Positions 12,818 through 24,144 of a stretch of DNA of 64,000 nucleotides are shown piece by piece. This DNA comes from Phyllobates terribilis (lineage: Eukaryota): positions 256,432,001 to 256,496,000 of the forward strand of contig NW_027362767.1 in NCBI RefSeq assembly GCF_046119375.1. The letters run 5' to 3'. The translations under genes were made by a program, and so were the position numbers. Each line of letters opens with the position of its first letter. The stretch's first letter is position 1. The notes beneath the pieces were generated by a model. The model made no database searches. It was not told the origin of the DNA and worked only from the letters and a program-made list of their open reading frames with translations.

Positions 12818-13017
12818 CGGCCCCACTATCAGTATTTGGTCAGTATTCGGTCAGTATTTTTTCTCAGGAGTGGGAGCCAAAACCAGGTGAGGAACAATCA
12901 GAGAAAAGGTATAATAGAAACAAGTCACCAATTCTGCATTTATCACCCACTCCTGGTTTTGGCTCCCACTCCTGAGAAAAATACTGACAGAATACTGATC
13001 AAACACTGGCTGTGGCC
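12816..13017. mobile_element. ~200-bp palindromic MITE
   Basis: Inverted arms ...CCCCACTATCAGTATT / ...TGTGGCC|TAA; same family as 42239-42441. Confidence 0.85.
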
Positions 13018-13269
13018 TAACAATCCCGCTAAGGTGACAGGCGAGTCCAGTCACACGCAGATCACACGGTCTGGTGGTCAGAGACCAGGTATACGGCAGG
13101 TGTGGGGCCTCACTAAGTCTTCCCATTATATTTCCCTCGTGTTATGGATCCAGCCCTGGTTTTGACTTAGAAATACTGATACAAAATACGGACCAAATCT
13201 GTAATGTGTGAACAAGTGTATACCGAGTGCGGCTATGCGATGCAGCCCCTCGCAGACAGCGCAGCCCAG

Positions 13270-13320
13270 AGCTGACTCCGCCCACCCGCGTCACTCGTCA
13301 CATGGTGATGACATCATCGA
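13270..13320 (+). promoter_or_regulatory. Candidate MON1B promoter/first-exon region
   Basis: CpG-rich patch with GC box CCGCCC (13278), E-box GTCACATG (13297) and a TGACATCA motif; the TSS cannot be shown from sequence. Confidence 0.35.
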
Positions 13321-13386
13321 AGGTCCTGGAGCTCCGCTGGGATCTACATCTACATCTACCCTGATCTGATCGGAGCGGCAGAGCAC

Positions 13387-15030
13387 GGAGCCCCCATGTC
13401 CGGTATAGTGGGGGGGGGGGGGGGGATACAGGGGATTGCGGAGCCCCCATGGCCGGTATAGCGGGGGGATACAGGGGATTGCGGAGCCCCCATGTCCGGT
13501 ATAGTGGGGGGATACAGGGTAGTGCAGAACCCCCATGGCCGGTATAGTGGGGGGATACAGGGGAGTTCGGAGCCCCCATGGCCGGTATAGTGGGGGGATA
13601 CAGGGGAGTGTGGAGCCCCCATGGCCGGTATATTGGGAGAATACAGGGGAGTGCGAAGCCCCCATGTCTGGTATAGTGGGGGGATACAGGGGAGTTTGGA
13701 GCCCCCATGTCTGGTATAGTGGGGGCATACAGGGGAGTTTGGAGCCCCCATGTCTGGTATAGTGGGGGGATACAAGGGAGTTTGGAGCCCCCATGGCCGG
13801 TATAGTGGGGGCATACAGGGGAGTTTGGAGCCCCCATGTCTGGTATAGTGGGGGGATACAGGGGAGTTTGGAGCCCCCATGGCCGGTATAGTGGGGGCAT
13901 ACAGGGGAGTTTGGAGCCCCCATGGCCGGTATAGTGGGGGCATACAGGGGAGTTTGGAGCCCCCATGTCTGGTATAGTGGGGGGGATACAGGGTAGTGCA
14001 GAGCCCCCATGGCCGGTATAGTGGGGGGATACAGGGGAGTTTGGAACCCCCATGTCTGGTATAGTGGGGGCATACAGGGGAGTTTGGAGCCCCCATGTCT
14101 GGTATAGTGGGGGGATACAGGGGAGTTTGGAGTTTGGAGCCCCCATGGCCGGTATAGTGGGGGCATACAGGGGAGTTTGGAGCCCCCATGTCTGGTATAG
14201 TGTGGGGGGATACAGGGTAGTGCAGAGCCCCCATGGCCGGTATAGTGGGGGGATACAGGGGAGTTCGGAGCCCCCATGGCCGGTATAGTGGGGGGATACA
14301 GGGGACTGCCGAGCCCCCATGTCTGGTATAGTGGGGGGGATACAGGGGAGTGCCGAGCCCCCATGGTCGGTATAGTGGGGGGGATACAGGGGAGTGCCGA
14401 GCCCCCATGGTCGGTATAGTGGGGGGGATACAGGGGAGTGCCGAGCCCCCATGGTCGGTGTAGTGGGGGGGGATACAGGGGAGTGCCGAGCCCCCATGGT
14501 CGGTGTAGTGGGGGGGGATACAGGGGAGTGTCGAGCCCCCATGGTCGGTGTAGTGGGGGGGGGGATACAGGGGAGTGCCGAGCCCCCATGGTCGGTATAG
14601 TGGGGGGGGATACAGGGGAGTGCCGAGCCCCCATGGTCGGTATAGTGGGGGGGGATACAGGGGAGTGCCGAGCCCCCATGGTCGGTATAGTGGGGGGGAT
14701 ACAAGGGAGTGCCGAGCCCCCATGGTCGGTATAGTGGGGGGGGGATACAGGGGAGTGCCGAGCCCCCATGGTCGGTATAGTGGGGGGGGGATACAGGGGA
14801 GTGCCGAGCCCCCATGGTCGGTATAGTGGGGGGGGGATACAGGGGAGTGCCGAGCCCCCATGGTCGGTATAATGGGGTGGGGATACAGGGGAGTGCCGAG
14901 CCCCCATGGTCGGTATAGTTGGGTGGGGATACAGGGGAGTGCCGAGCCCCCATGGTCGGTATAGTTGGGTGGGGATACAGGGGAGTGCCGAGCCCCCATG
15001 GCCAGTATATTGGGGATAGGGGAGTGCGGA
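13387..15030. repeat. G-rich ~43-bp minisatellite (~38 copies)
   Basis: Unit GAGCCCCCATGGYCGGTATAGT(G)5-9ATACAGGGGAGT; source of the spurious long Pro-rich ORFs. Confidence 0.97.
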
Positions 15031-16918
15031 GCTGAAAGCCCCTGGATGGGTTAGGTCAGTGCATGTGCAGGGGGGTGGCATGTAGTGTAACACTGCAGTG
15101 TGTGCAGGTCATGGACATGAAGTCTCTGCGCCCTCAGGTGGTTTTGTGTCTCTGCTGTCAGTGAGAGGTAACCTGTTGTTTACATGCAGGATCTTATTCC
15201 TGGACACATCATCTGCTGCACAGATTTTACTTGGTCGTTTCTCTGCTAGTGCTATTCATGTTACTGGGGCTTGCAGAAATCCATATATATACTGCAGAAG
15301 CAATCCTATACAGTTATGAGACACATTCTGTAACGCCGCTGTCGTGTGTGAACATGGCTGAATCTATGATGAGACAGGAGATTCAGACCCATGTGAAATG
15401 GTAGTACGCACCGTGCTGCCTACTCAGAGCCGCCGCAGGGACACCGGGGGGGGGGGGGGTAGACAGTGCGGCAGAGCTTGGCGACCTCCTGCCCTAAGTT
15501 CTGAGGTTCTCGGTGACAGCGGAGCACAGAGCGCTGGGGATAAGCTGCTGAGTAAACCCAGGACTATCATGGAGGAGGCAGCCAGTGGTGCAGACATTGA
15601 GAGCTTTGTGTTTGTGGGATTTGCCGGGTGTTTGCGCTGCTGCTATAATTATTATTATCCACCATGAGTCATGAGCTGGTACAACCTGGGGATTGTTTCC
15701 TGTGTGAAATGTCTGCGGTACCTCACAGGAATGGGATTTTGTGTCTTGGAGCCAGTGCCAGGGTTCATGTGATCCTTCTATGTGGCCATCATAAATTAGA
15801 AGTGCGTGCTGTCATGTGTTCTGTGTTACTCGTACCCAGTCACGGGACTAAAACATTTCATGGGTGCTGAACAAATTGGCACTAGGGCAGCTACAGTTTG
15901 TATTAAAGATATTGTCTCATTTATTTAAAGGGGTAAAATTGCAAAAAAAAAAAGCAAAAAACTTGCCCTTATTTAAAAAAAACAAACCCTCTCCATTATC
16001 AAGAAAGGAGAGATTTGTAATTATAGGTAGCATAGGTTACTGCTCGCTGCCTGTGTTATCGGCGGCCTTTGCAGGCTGTCAGTCAGAGGTGGCCATAGGC
16101 AAAGAGCACAGCATTTACAAGCTTTTTGCTAAAGGTCATAATCCCCGGTGCTGTGGTGGCAAAGCTGCCTGTGCTCGCAGGGAGACAGCTCAGATCAGGC
16201 CAGTGCCGCAGCCATGCCACATCTCCAAGCTGTCAGTCATCACAATCGCACTGCCCCCGGAAGGAGCGGTGGTGCTCCAGAACAAACATGACACAAACTC
16301 TTTAAAGATTCAGACTTTGTCTTTTTAGCGATTTCCTGATATATTTGTATTGGGGGAGATGATTTGTTTCAGGGAGTTAACTTTCTGAATTCGGATTTCC
16401 TGCAGGGCTGTCCCTCCGTGACCGCAGGCTCCACTGATTTTACAGCAGTTTGTACCTGTTGCCATAAAGTGCAGATGTCGTTGCGAGTTTGTGCATTTTC
16501 ACAATCTAGCCACTGATGCTGCTCCTTTTTTCTAGCGGATTGCAGGCACAGGCAACTCCATCATCATCAGCAGCAGCAGCCGGTATCGGGAGCTTTCTGG
16601 TGTCTTTTCATTTTGGCATTTCCCAGACTCTCGGTGCTACTACCGGCTGGTAACGGGGTATCAGTAGCCCCATAGTTGGCTCCATGTTTGGGACTATAGA
16701 GAGGTGTTGTCCATGCAGTGTATATGTAGAGGAAACCCTTCCTGATCCAGTTTGCACAGAACAAGGAGGCAGCTGCTTATATTACACACAATTGTGGTTT
16801 CACATAATGGCAAACAGAAGTGCAATAGACAGTGGTAAAGCGTTCGTTCATCGCCCTCTGCAGTGACTGAGCCTATGTCTGTATGTCTCCATTGTAAGGT
16901 GCCGGCAGAGATGTGGGC

Positions 16919-19900
16919 ATGATGGCCGAAGAAGCACCGAATCCGGCGCAAGGAGAAAAAGGGGAGCAGGAGACTGGTAAGTAATGGGAGAATTACATCA
17001 CTGGGCTCACAGGGAGTGACGGGGTGAAATATAGTAAAAATGGTGCATGTTCTTAGCACAGCTGCCAGCCAGTATCTAGTCAGCACCTTCCTCCCGCAGT
17101 ACTGTCCATCTAGTCAGCCTGCGAGTATTCACGTCAGACGTGTCCCCGTGATAAGGGGCAGATTGTAGGACATTACTGGAGCACATTTAAGGACACACCA
17201 TCTGCAAATTACAATGGGGGCTCAGCTTCCATTCATCCGCTGCCACCTTATGACATACATTAAGTCTGAGTCCTGTGACTGCAGCGTCCGAGTAAGGCTC
17301 ATGAGCGACATTTGTGCAAATCTGTCTGAGCACAGATCACTAATGCACGATCTCCCAACCCGAGCGTGACCTCCTCATAGCAATACACAAAGCTGTCCTA
17401 CTGCATCCAGGAGAGTCAGGGCCAGTCCGTGCATTGCGGTCAGATATCAGACCGATTTGCGTCTGAATGAGCCCCTTATTCTGTTAGACCATTCATAGTT
17501 CTTTTTTTTTTTTTAATACTGAAAACGTACAGAGCAGACCCCCAGTAAGTAGGAGAGGGGGGTACATGGAGCACTGCCTGGACTGGGGACCAGGGCTCAT
17601 CAGACATCACACCGCCCCTCGGTGCAGAGGAAGGATTCCAAGGCCAAACCCATTTGCATCGTTGCACTGCTGTGGAAGAACTTCTCTAAATCAGAATGTT
17701 TCCCAATATTTCCTTAGTAGAAGCAATAAACTTTAGAAGGTTTAGACATTGGTGCTGACCACTAGGCCGTAGACAGGCTGTAGTTTTCTGATACTTTCTC
17801 CTATGCACTGTTCATGTCTGCATAGTGGTTTCCTGAAGCCAAAAGGCTGTAACGGATCCATCACGGACCAGTGGTATACGGACGACCTGTTGACTTATCA
17901 GTCTACTGGGCTTCTTCGAGGTGTCCGTTGTTTGCCAGGAATGTACTGCAGCTTGCAGTGGTATCTTCTCTATCAGAGAATCCGCAGCTGAGCTTTCTAA
18001 GGGTATGTTCACATGACATTTTTTTTTTCAGGCAAGCGAAACTGACGAGGTTTTCAAGTGGAAGCTGCTTCAGAAAACAATGGCATTTTCAAAATGGTTT
18101 TCTTAATTGAAGCGTCTTTTTGTGCATTTTTTTTGCATTAGCTGATGGGGTTTGTAAGTGTTGTTTTTTGTTTGTTTTCTTGGGAGTGGGGGGATTTGTA
18201 GGTAATTTTTGAAATCCATTAAGCAGTGAGTAAAACAAACATTCTGTTAGTGGAAACGCTCACCATTCATTTCAGGTGTCCTCTGGGCGTTTGTTCTTTT
18301 TTGCCTTCCCATTCATTCTTATTGTAAAGGATAAAGCATCTTCCAAGTGGAAAATGCCTGAAGAATGGTCAGATCAATTCTTTTGACCGCTTGGCGTTTT
18401 TGGAAACCTGATCCAGATAAAAGATGCTAAGAAGACAAAACCCAAGATAGACACATAATAAGCAAATACCCTTCAGTAAAAGAATAAGCAGAAAATAATA
18501 TAGGGTGCTTAGTTAACATAATTTTGATAAAAAAAAATGCCATTATTTTCCTGCACTATTGCAGTTTATTCATTTACTGCAGGGTATTTGCTTATTATGT
18601 TTCTATCTTGGGTTTTGTCTGTTTAGTGGCCAGTGTGAACATGCACTAACATGTTGCATGCACACCAACTTATATCCCAAAAGATGCGAAGAAGCCTGAA
18701 CATGTGAACAGTGAGTTGTTTTTACATAGAAATAAATAAACAGATTCTTTGGAGCGGTTTCTGAGCGCTTTTACGGGCATTTCTGTAGCAGACCCATTCC
18801 AAACTCACCTGAATAAAAAAGTCACACGAACTTACAGATCAAAGCCCCAAACGCTGCTATGACCAAAGTCTGGCATCCTGTGGATGGGACACGGCATGCA
18901 GATGTCTATGTTCTGCCTCTTCCCTGTAGATACTTTCTCCCTGATACCGTTGGGCTTTGTATTTCTGGTTTATATACTTTTATCTGGGGTACTTGTAATT
19001 AACCTTGAAAGTTTTTGTTTTTCTCCTACAGATCTCCAGGATCAAACAGAAATTGAGACCAGCAGTGACCCTCAAACTTTACCCTCGCCACTTGATGTCC
19101 AGCCCTTAGACATACGGTCAGAGAGCTCAGATGAAGGATGTCATCATGATGCTTCTGTTCTGCTACATGGTCCCAGAGACAATCTCCACTGTGGTCCCTT
19201 ACAGGAGGGCATGGATGCACGACGCTCAGATGGTTCTCTGGAGGACAGCACCAGGGGAACTGCAGAAGAGACAGAACAGGTTCACAGAGGCTTAATGGAA
19301 GTACCTGAAACCTTGAATGTGGTGGACCATGACTCTGCTACTGTAACTGAGGGGGATGGATTAGATATACATGAATGTTTACAGCAAGGCTGTATGTCGG
19401 CTGCAGAAGATGTAGAGGGCGAGACTGGTGGCATGGTATATGACGGCAGCCAGCCACCACAGGCCCTGCAAACTATTGGTGAAGAGCCATCATGCAAGGA
19501 ATCAGCAGAAGGCAATGACACTGGACAGACACAAAAAAAGAGCCTTAAGTATAACAATATAGAGGCTTCTGTGGATGAGACCAAACTAAGCGATCTTGTG
19601 CTTGCTGTCCCTGGACAATCTGTAGGTGCTGGCGACCATGGTGATGAGCACAAGGAACTAACAACAGCTACTGCATTGGAGGACTCTGGGGACTTTCCTG
19701 GTGTCTCCTCAGTGGTGGGAGGAGTGACATCAGATGCCTCCCCACCTACTACCCCTGTTCAGCGAGAGGAGGACGTGACAGCGGAGAGCTGGCGCACAAA
19801 ACGGAAGCACGTGTTTGTCCTGAGCGAGGCTGGAAAGCCTATTTACTCCCGCTATGGTAATGAGGAGGCCCTGTCCTCCACCATGGGAGTAATGATGGCG

Positions 19901-22900
19901 CTGGTCAGTTTTGTTCAGAGTGGAAATAACTCCATCCGCTCCATCCATTCTGGTACGTGACAGTGTTGTGATCTATGATGTGAAGTTGCATCTGGTTGTG
20001 GGATCTGTTGGCCATTGTTATATAATGGTGGCTATTGGGGGCCATTTGTGAAGCTGTGATGCTGATTGTTCCTCTGTTTTCTTTCACAGACAAGCAGAAA
20101 GTGGTCTTCCTGCAGCAGGGCCCCCTGGTTTTAGTGTCTGTATCACGGGCCCCTCAGTCGGAGGAGCAGCTGAGGAAGGAGCTGCAGTACGTGTACTACC
20201 AGATAATCAGCATGCTCACCCAGGCCAGTGTGGCTCGGATTTTTGAGCGCAAGAAGAATTATGATTTGCGGCGTCTTCTCACCGGCTCTGAAAAGATCCT
20301 GGATAGCCTACTGGACTTGCTGGATACTGACCCTGGCTTCCTCCTAGGGGCAGTGCGGTGCGTGGCCTTGCCCAGCCCGCTGCGGGACTCCCTGAGCTCC
20401 ATTCTCACCAAAGCCATCACCCCCAATTTAGTGTTCTCCATCTTAGTGGCAGAGCAGCAGCTTGTGACTGTGGTGCAGGAACGAGCAGTGATTGAGGATT
20501 GCCGTCTGGACCCTGCAGACCTCCAGCTGCTGCTGAACCTCATTGGAGCATCTTCTGCCTTTCAGGCGGGTGAGATCTGGACTCCTATCTGCCTCCCACG
20601 ATTTAACCCCGATGGCTACTTTTATGCTTATATCTCATATTTGGACCCGGACTGCACAGTGTGTTTGGTGCTACTATCCACAGATAAAGAGTCTTTCTAC
20701 GCCGTGTCTGGCTGTAAGAGGAAGATCCAGGAGTCCATGGAAGCACAGAACTCTCTGCAGGCGTTGGCTGGGGCCCTCCGTTGCTGCTCATATAGTGCCT
20801 CTCTTGTAGGGGTCCCTGAGCTCTTACATTTTGTGTACAAGCCCCTCGACATCCCTGAAACCTACCAACAGCTTCCACAATTTACCAGGTACTATCTGTA
20901 AGGATGTAATGTAAATCGGTAAAATAACATTGTGTGCAGCATCCAGATTATCAGAAGGTAACAAACAAAAATTTGGAAATTTCACCGGCCTGCAGCTTTC
21001 TGACAACTGGAAAGAGTCACACTGTAATAGAAAGTCACACACAGCGCATCAGTGGCTGCAGAGATCAGATGCATAATATTGCCCTGTAGGCCATGAAATT
21101 AAATATACAGCCGTCTGCCCATGTTTACCTAAGATTTTGCATTAATTTTAATATCATCACTGTAATGACTTCTGATGTGATGTAACATCGTCATCTGTTG
21201 CTCTGCAGCCCTGAACCTGACGGCCCATACTCCAGTGAAGAGGAAAGACAGCGGCTCTTTGACCTGTACCGGTATCTCCACTGCCGCATCCACAGCTCGG
21301 CAAGACCCTTACGGCTCATTTACCACGTGGCAGAGAAGGAGACGCTGCTAGCCTGGGTGATATTATATTTCTGTGTTTAGGATGTAGGATTAGAAACCTG
21401 CGGTATTCCTAGACTTTACTGGCAATGGCACAATATAAGGTGTCCCAAGCCTTAGGCTGTGTAAAGCTTTGTTGTCCTGAGTGGCATTTTGTTTTTTTCC
21501 ATTTATTTGATATCTCCTGTAACATAGACCATACTGATTGCATTCATATCGTATGAGAATAGCTCATGGAAGACAGTCGTAGCTGGTGAGCAAAGTTTTG
21601 GCAGCAGTTTATTTTTCCTGGGAATAAGTGGATTGGGCACTGAAATTCAGCACACCTGGTCCTTATTTCCTCTGACATTATCTATACGGGGAGAGTCAGG
21701 ATACCTCAATACCGATTAGATTGTTGGAAGGCCCCCCCATACACATTAACGTCATTACGTCAGTGTAATGTGTATTGGGGCCTCCTGACTCTTCCCTTAA
21801 TAATGCCGTCCTGGCAGAGCAGTCTAGCCGTGGCTCTCCGATAGGGGAACACAGGTGTGTTTCCTGTATTACATAATATCTGAAGTCATTGATCTGCCAT
21901 TGTCTTAGGCTGCGTGCCCACTATGCGTTTTTGCCACGGAATTTCCGCAGCGAAAATGCTTAAAAAAACGCTTGGTAATACGTGCCCCATGGTCCCCAAT
22001 GATAATCCGCATGTGCTGTGCACATGCTGCGGAAATTTCCTCTGCGGATTATCGTTGCGGAAAAATACGCAGCATGTCCATTAATTTTGCGGACACGTAG
22101 CGTAATCACCGCCATTGACTTGCATTGAATCGCTTAATATCCTTATGACTACATGTACACATGCGGATATTAAACGATTCAATGTGTGGATGGTACCCGG
22201 ATCTGGAGAAGAGGAGACTCTCTTCCAGACACAGGTACCATAAGTACCTGTAAAAAAAATAAATAAAAAATAAACATTATACTCACCTCCTGATGGCCCC
22301 CGATCTTCTCCAGTCTCCCTGGCATCTCGCGATGGTCTAAAATGACCTTCCATGACGTCATTTAGTCATGTGACGAGTCACACGACCACTGACGTCGGCG
22401 GTCGCGTGACCTGTCACATAACTAAATGACGTCATGAAAGGTCCTTTTAGACCATCGCGAGCCGCTGGGGAGACTGGAGAAGGAGATCGGGGGCCATCAG
22501 AAGGTGAGTATAATGTTTATTTTTTACCATTTTTATTCTTTAACTAACTTGGTCACACTGTATAAAATCCATGCAGGTTGCATGGATTTATATAGTGTGA
22601 CCAAGTTGTCAAGTACTTTCCAAGTGATGCTAAAATCGCTTGGAAAAGCGCTTGATAACCCGCATGCGGAAATGCAAGTGAAGAACGCTTGACAAACGCT
22701 TGTCCCATGGCAGGAAAAACGCATATAAAATCCACATGCGTCTTTCCTGCCAGGGAGATGCTGAAAAAATCTGCAGTATTTCTGCATTGTTGACACTTAG
22801 CCTTACTAGGTGTTTGTGCTCAGGAGTGCTGCGTGTGCTCCAGGTCATAACTGGTTCCTTTTGTCGTTCCCTCCGCAGGTCACCAGTAAGTTTGAGCTGT

Positions 22901-23106
22901 ACACGGCGTTCAGCTCCTTAGTGACTAAGGTGGGTGCAATAAATGTCATAACCAAGCTGCTCCGCTGGATCAAGAGGGAGGAAGATCGTCTGTTCATACG
23001 TTACCCTCCAAAATATTCTACAACCCCTGTCCCTGGGAAAGGGGTTAAATCAAATCGGACAGATAGGCCTGACCCTTCCCAGAATGGCTTCTTCACAGGA
23101 CTGTAG
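16919..23106 (+). CDS. MON1B: Vacuolar fusion protein MON1 homolog B (717 aa)
   Basis: Exons 16919-16976, 19032-19952, 20090-20888, 21209-21356, 22879-23106, all GT-AG and phase-consistent. Motifs: [25 protein letters not shown]...QLPQFTSPE, C-terminal NGFFTGL. The first exon is inferred from phase and a strong donor. Confidence 0.95.
17296..17475. mobile_element. Short MITE (Harbinger-like GGC termini)
   Basis: TAA|GGCTCAT...ATGAGCCCC|TTA. Confidence 0.6.
18001..18646. mobile_element. MITE with TAA TSD (PIF/Harbinger-like)
   Basis: TAA|GGGTATGTTCACA...TGTGAACATGCAC|TAA; internal inverted repeat 18433-18472 / 18581-18620. Confidence 0.75.
21908..22802. mobile_element. Harbinger-like non-autonomous element with a central ~235-bp hairpin, in the last MON1B intron
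   Basis: TTA TSD on both sides; hairpin 22278-22512; an inverted, deleted copy lies at 52880-53462. Confidence 0.85.
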
Positions 23107-23317
23107 TGATGGAGAGGATGTGTGTGTAATCCGTACACACCGGACCTGCCCTCACCATACCATCCTCACCATGCTGTCTAACTACTGCATTTAGGGGATC
23201 CCGCTCCAATATGGATTATAGACTCTAACAAAGCACAGAAACTCATCAGGAGTAAGATGGCCGACCAAAGACCTGCGTCTGCCATGTCCTGTTACTTTTC
23301 TCATCAGAGTGTTCCTC

Positions 23318-23323
23318 AATAAA
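23318..23323 (+). terminator. MON1B poly(A) signal
   Basis: AATAAA ~210 nt after the stop, followed by a T-rich tract. Confidence 0.65.
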
Positions 23324-24144
23324 GCTGCTCCTCCGTAACTTTTAATATTAATTTCTTTTATTATAATTAGAGGACATTGTGCTGCAGGGCGGGCAATGCC
23401 CCGCACATCAGAGCATCGCTGCCAGATCCTCCCGGTGCTCAATCAGTAGATCAAAGAGTCGTCCCACCGTGGCCTCACTCACCTTCACCTGCGGAAGAAA
23501 GGCTGCCATTACACACACACACACACGGCTCCAGCCATCTACAAAACCTCAACTCCCAAAGTGATGGTGAGAGTTGTGGTTTCACCAGTGCTATAAAGGA
23601 GATATTATCCAGCAGGACATGATGGAGGTCCAGGGGGCGGCTGAGGATCATTAGCTGGTATAACGTGCCCATGGATCTGTATCGCTGCACCTCCTGTAAC
23701 CAATATCGCAGCTGATTATGGTGCTGTCACACACTGCTTCTTGAAAGTATTGCAGTTTTGTGGCAAATACAGAAGTGGATCCAATAGGAATGTAATATAT
23801 AAAGGAAGGACGTAAACGTCTTCCTGCTGGATCCACTTTTGGTTTTGGCTGAAAAACTGGAAAAAAATTCTTCTGTATAAAACTATCTGAATGCGGCTTC
23901 TCACTGATCATCACATGGCCCCACGCCTTCTGATTATTCAGCTCCAGGATGGGGGTAAGACATGGTCACCGTGTGTACATCTTGTACCTGCCAGGTCTTC
24001 AGGACATTTTCAGCTGGCACCCCGCCTTGTTGCTCCCATAGGTCAATAAAATGAGAAGGAATAGACAGTTGATTTGCCAGCCATTTCCAGTCATAGCCTG
24101 TGGTAGGAACATACGATTACCTGGTGTTAGTGTAATATGCAGAT

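Noticed and set aside
12406-12975. 189-aa ORF
   Set aside because: 28-bp minisatellite read through into a MITE.
13291-15093. Three 547-600 aa Pro-rich ORFs on the minus strand
   Set aside because: All three frames are open because the ~43-bp unit lacks stops on that strand; the translation cycles through frames. This is a repeat artefact.
15568-15667. MEEAASGADI... as the MON1B first coding exon
   Set aside because: No convincing phase-1 donor; the 16919 exon has a strong GTAAGT donor and the correct phase.
18884-19031. N-terminal part of the 358-aa ORF as the MON1B start
   Set aside because: It is a polypyrimidine-rich intron end; the acceptor at 19031 joins in phase with the ATG exon at 16919-16976.
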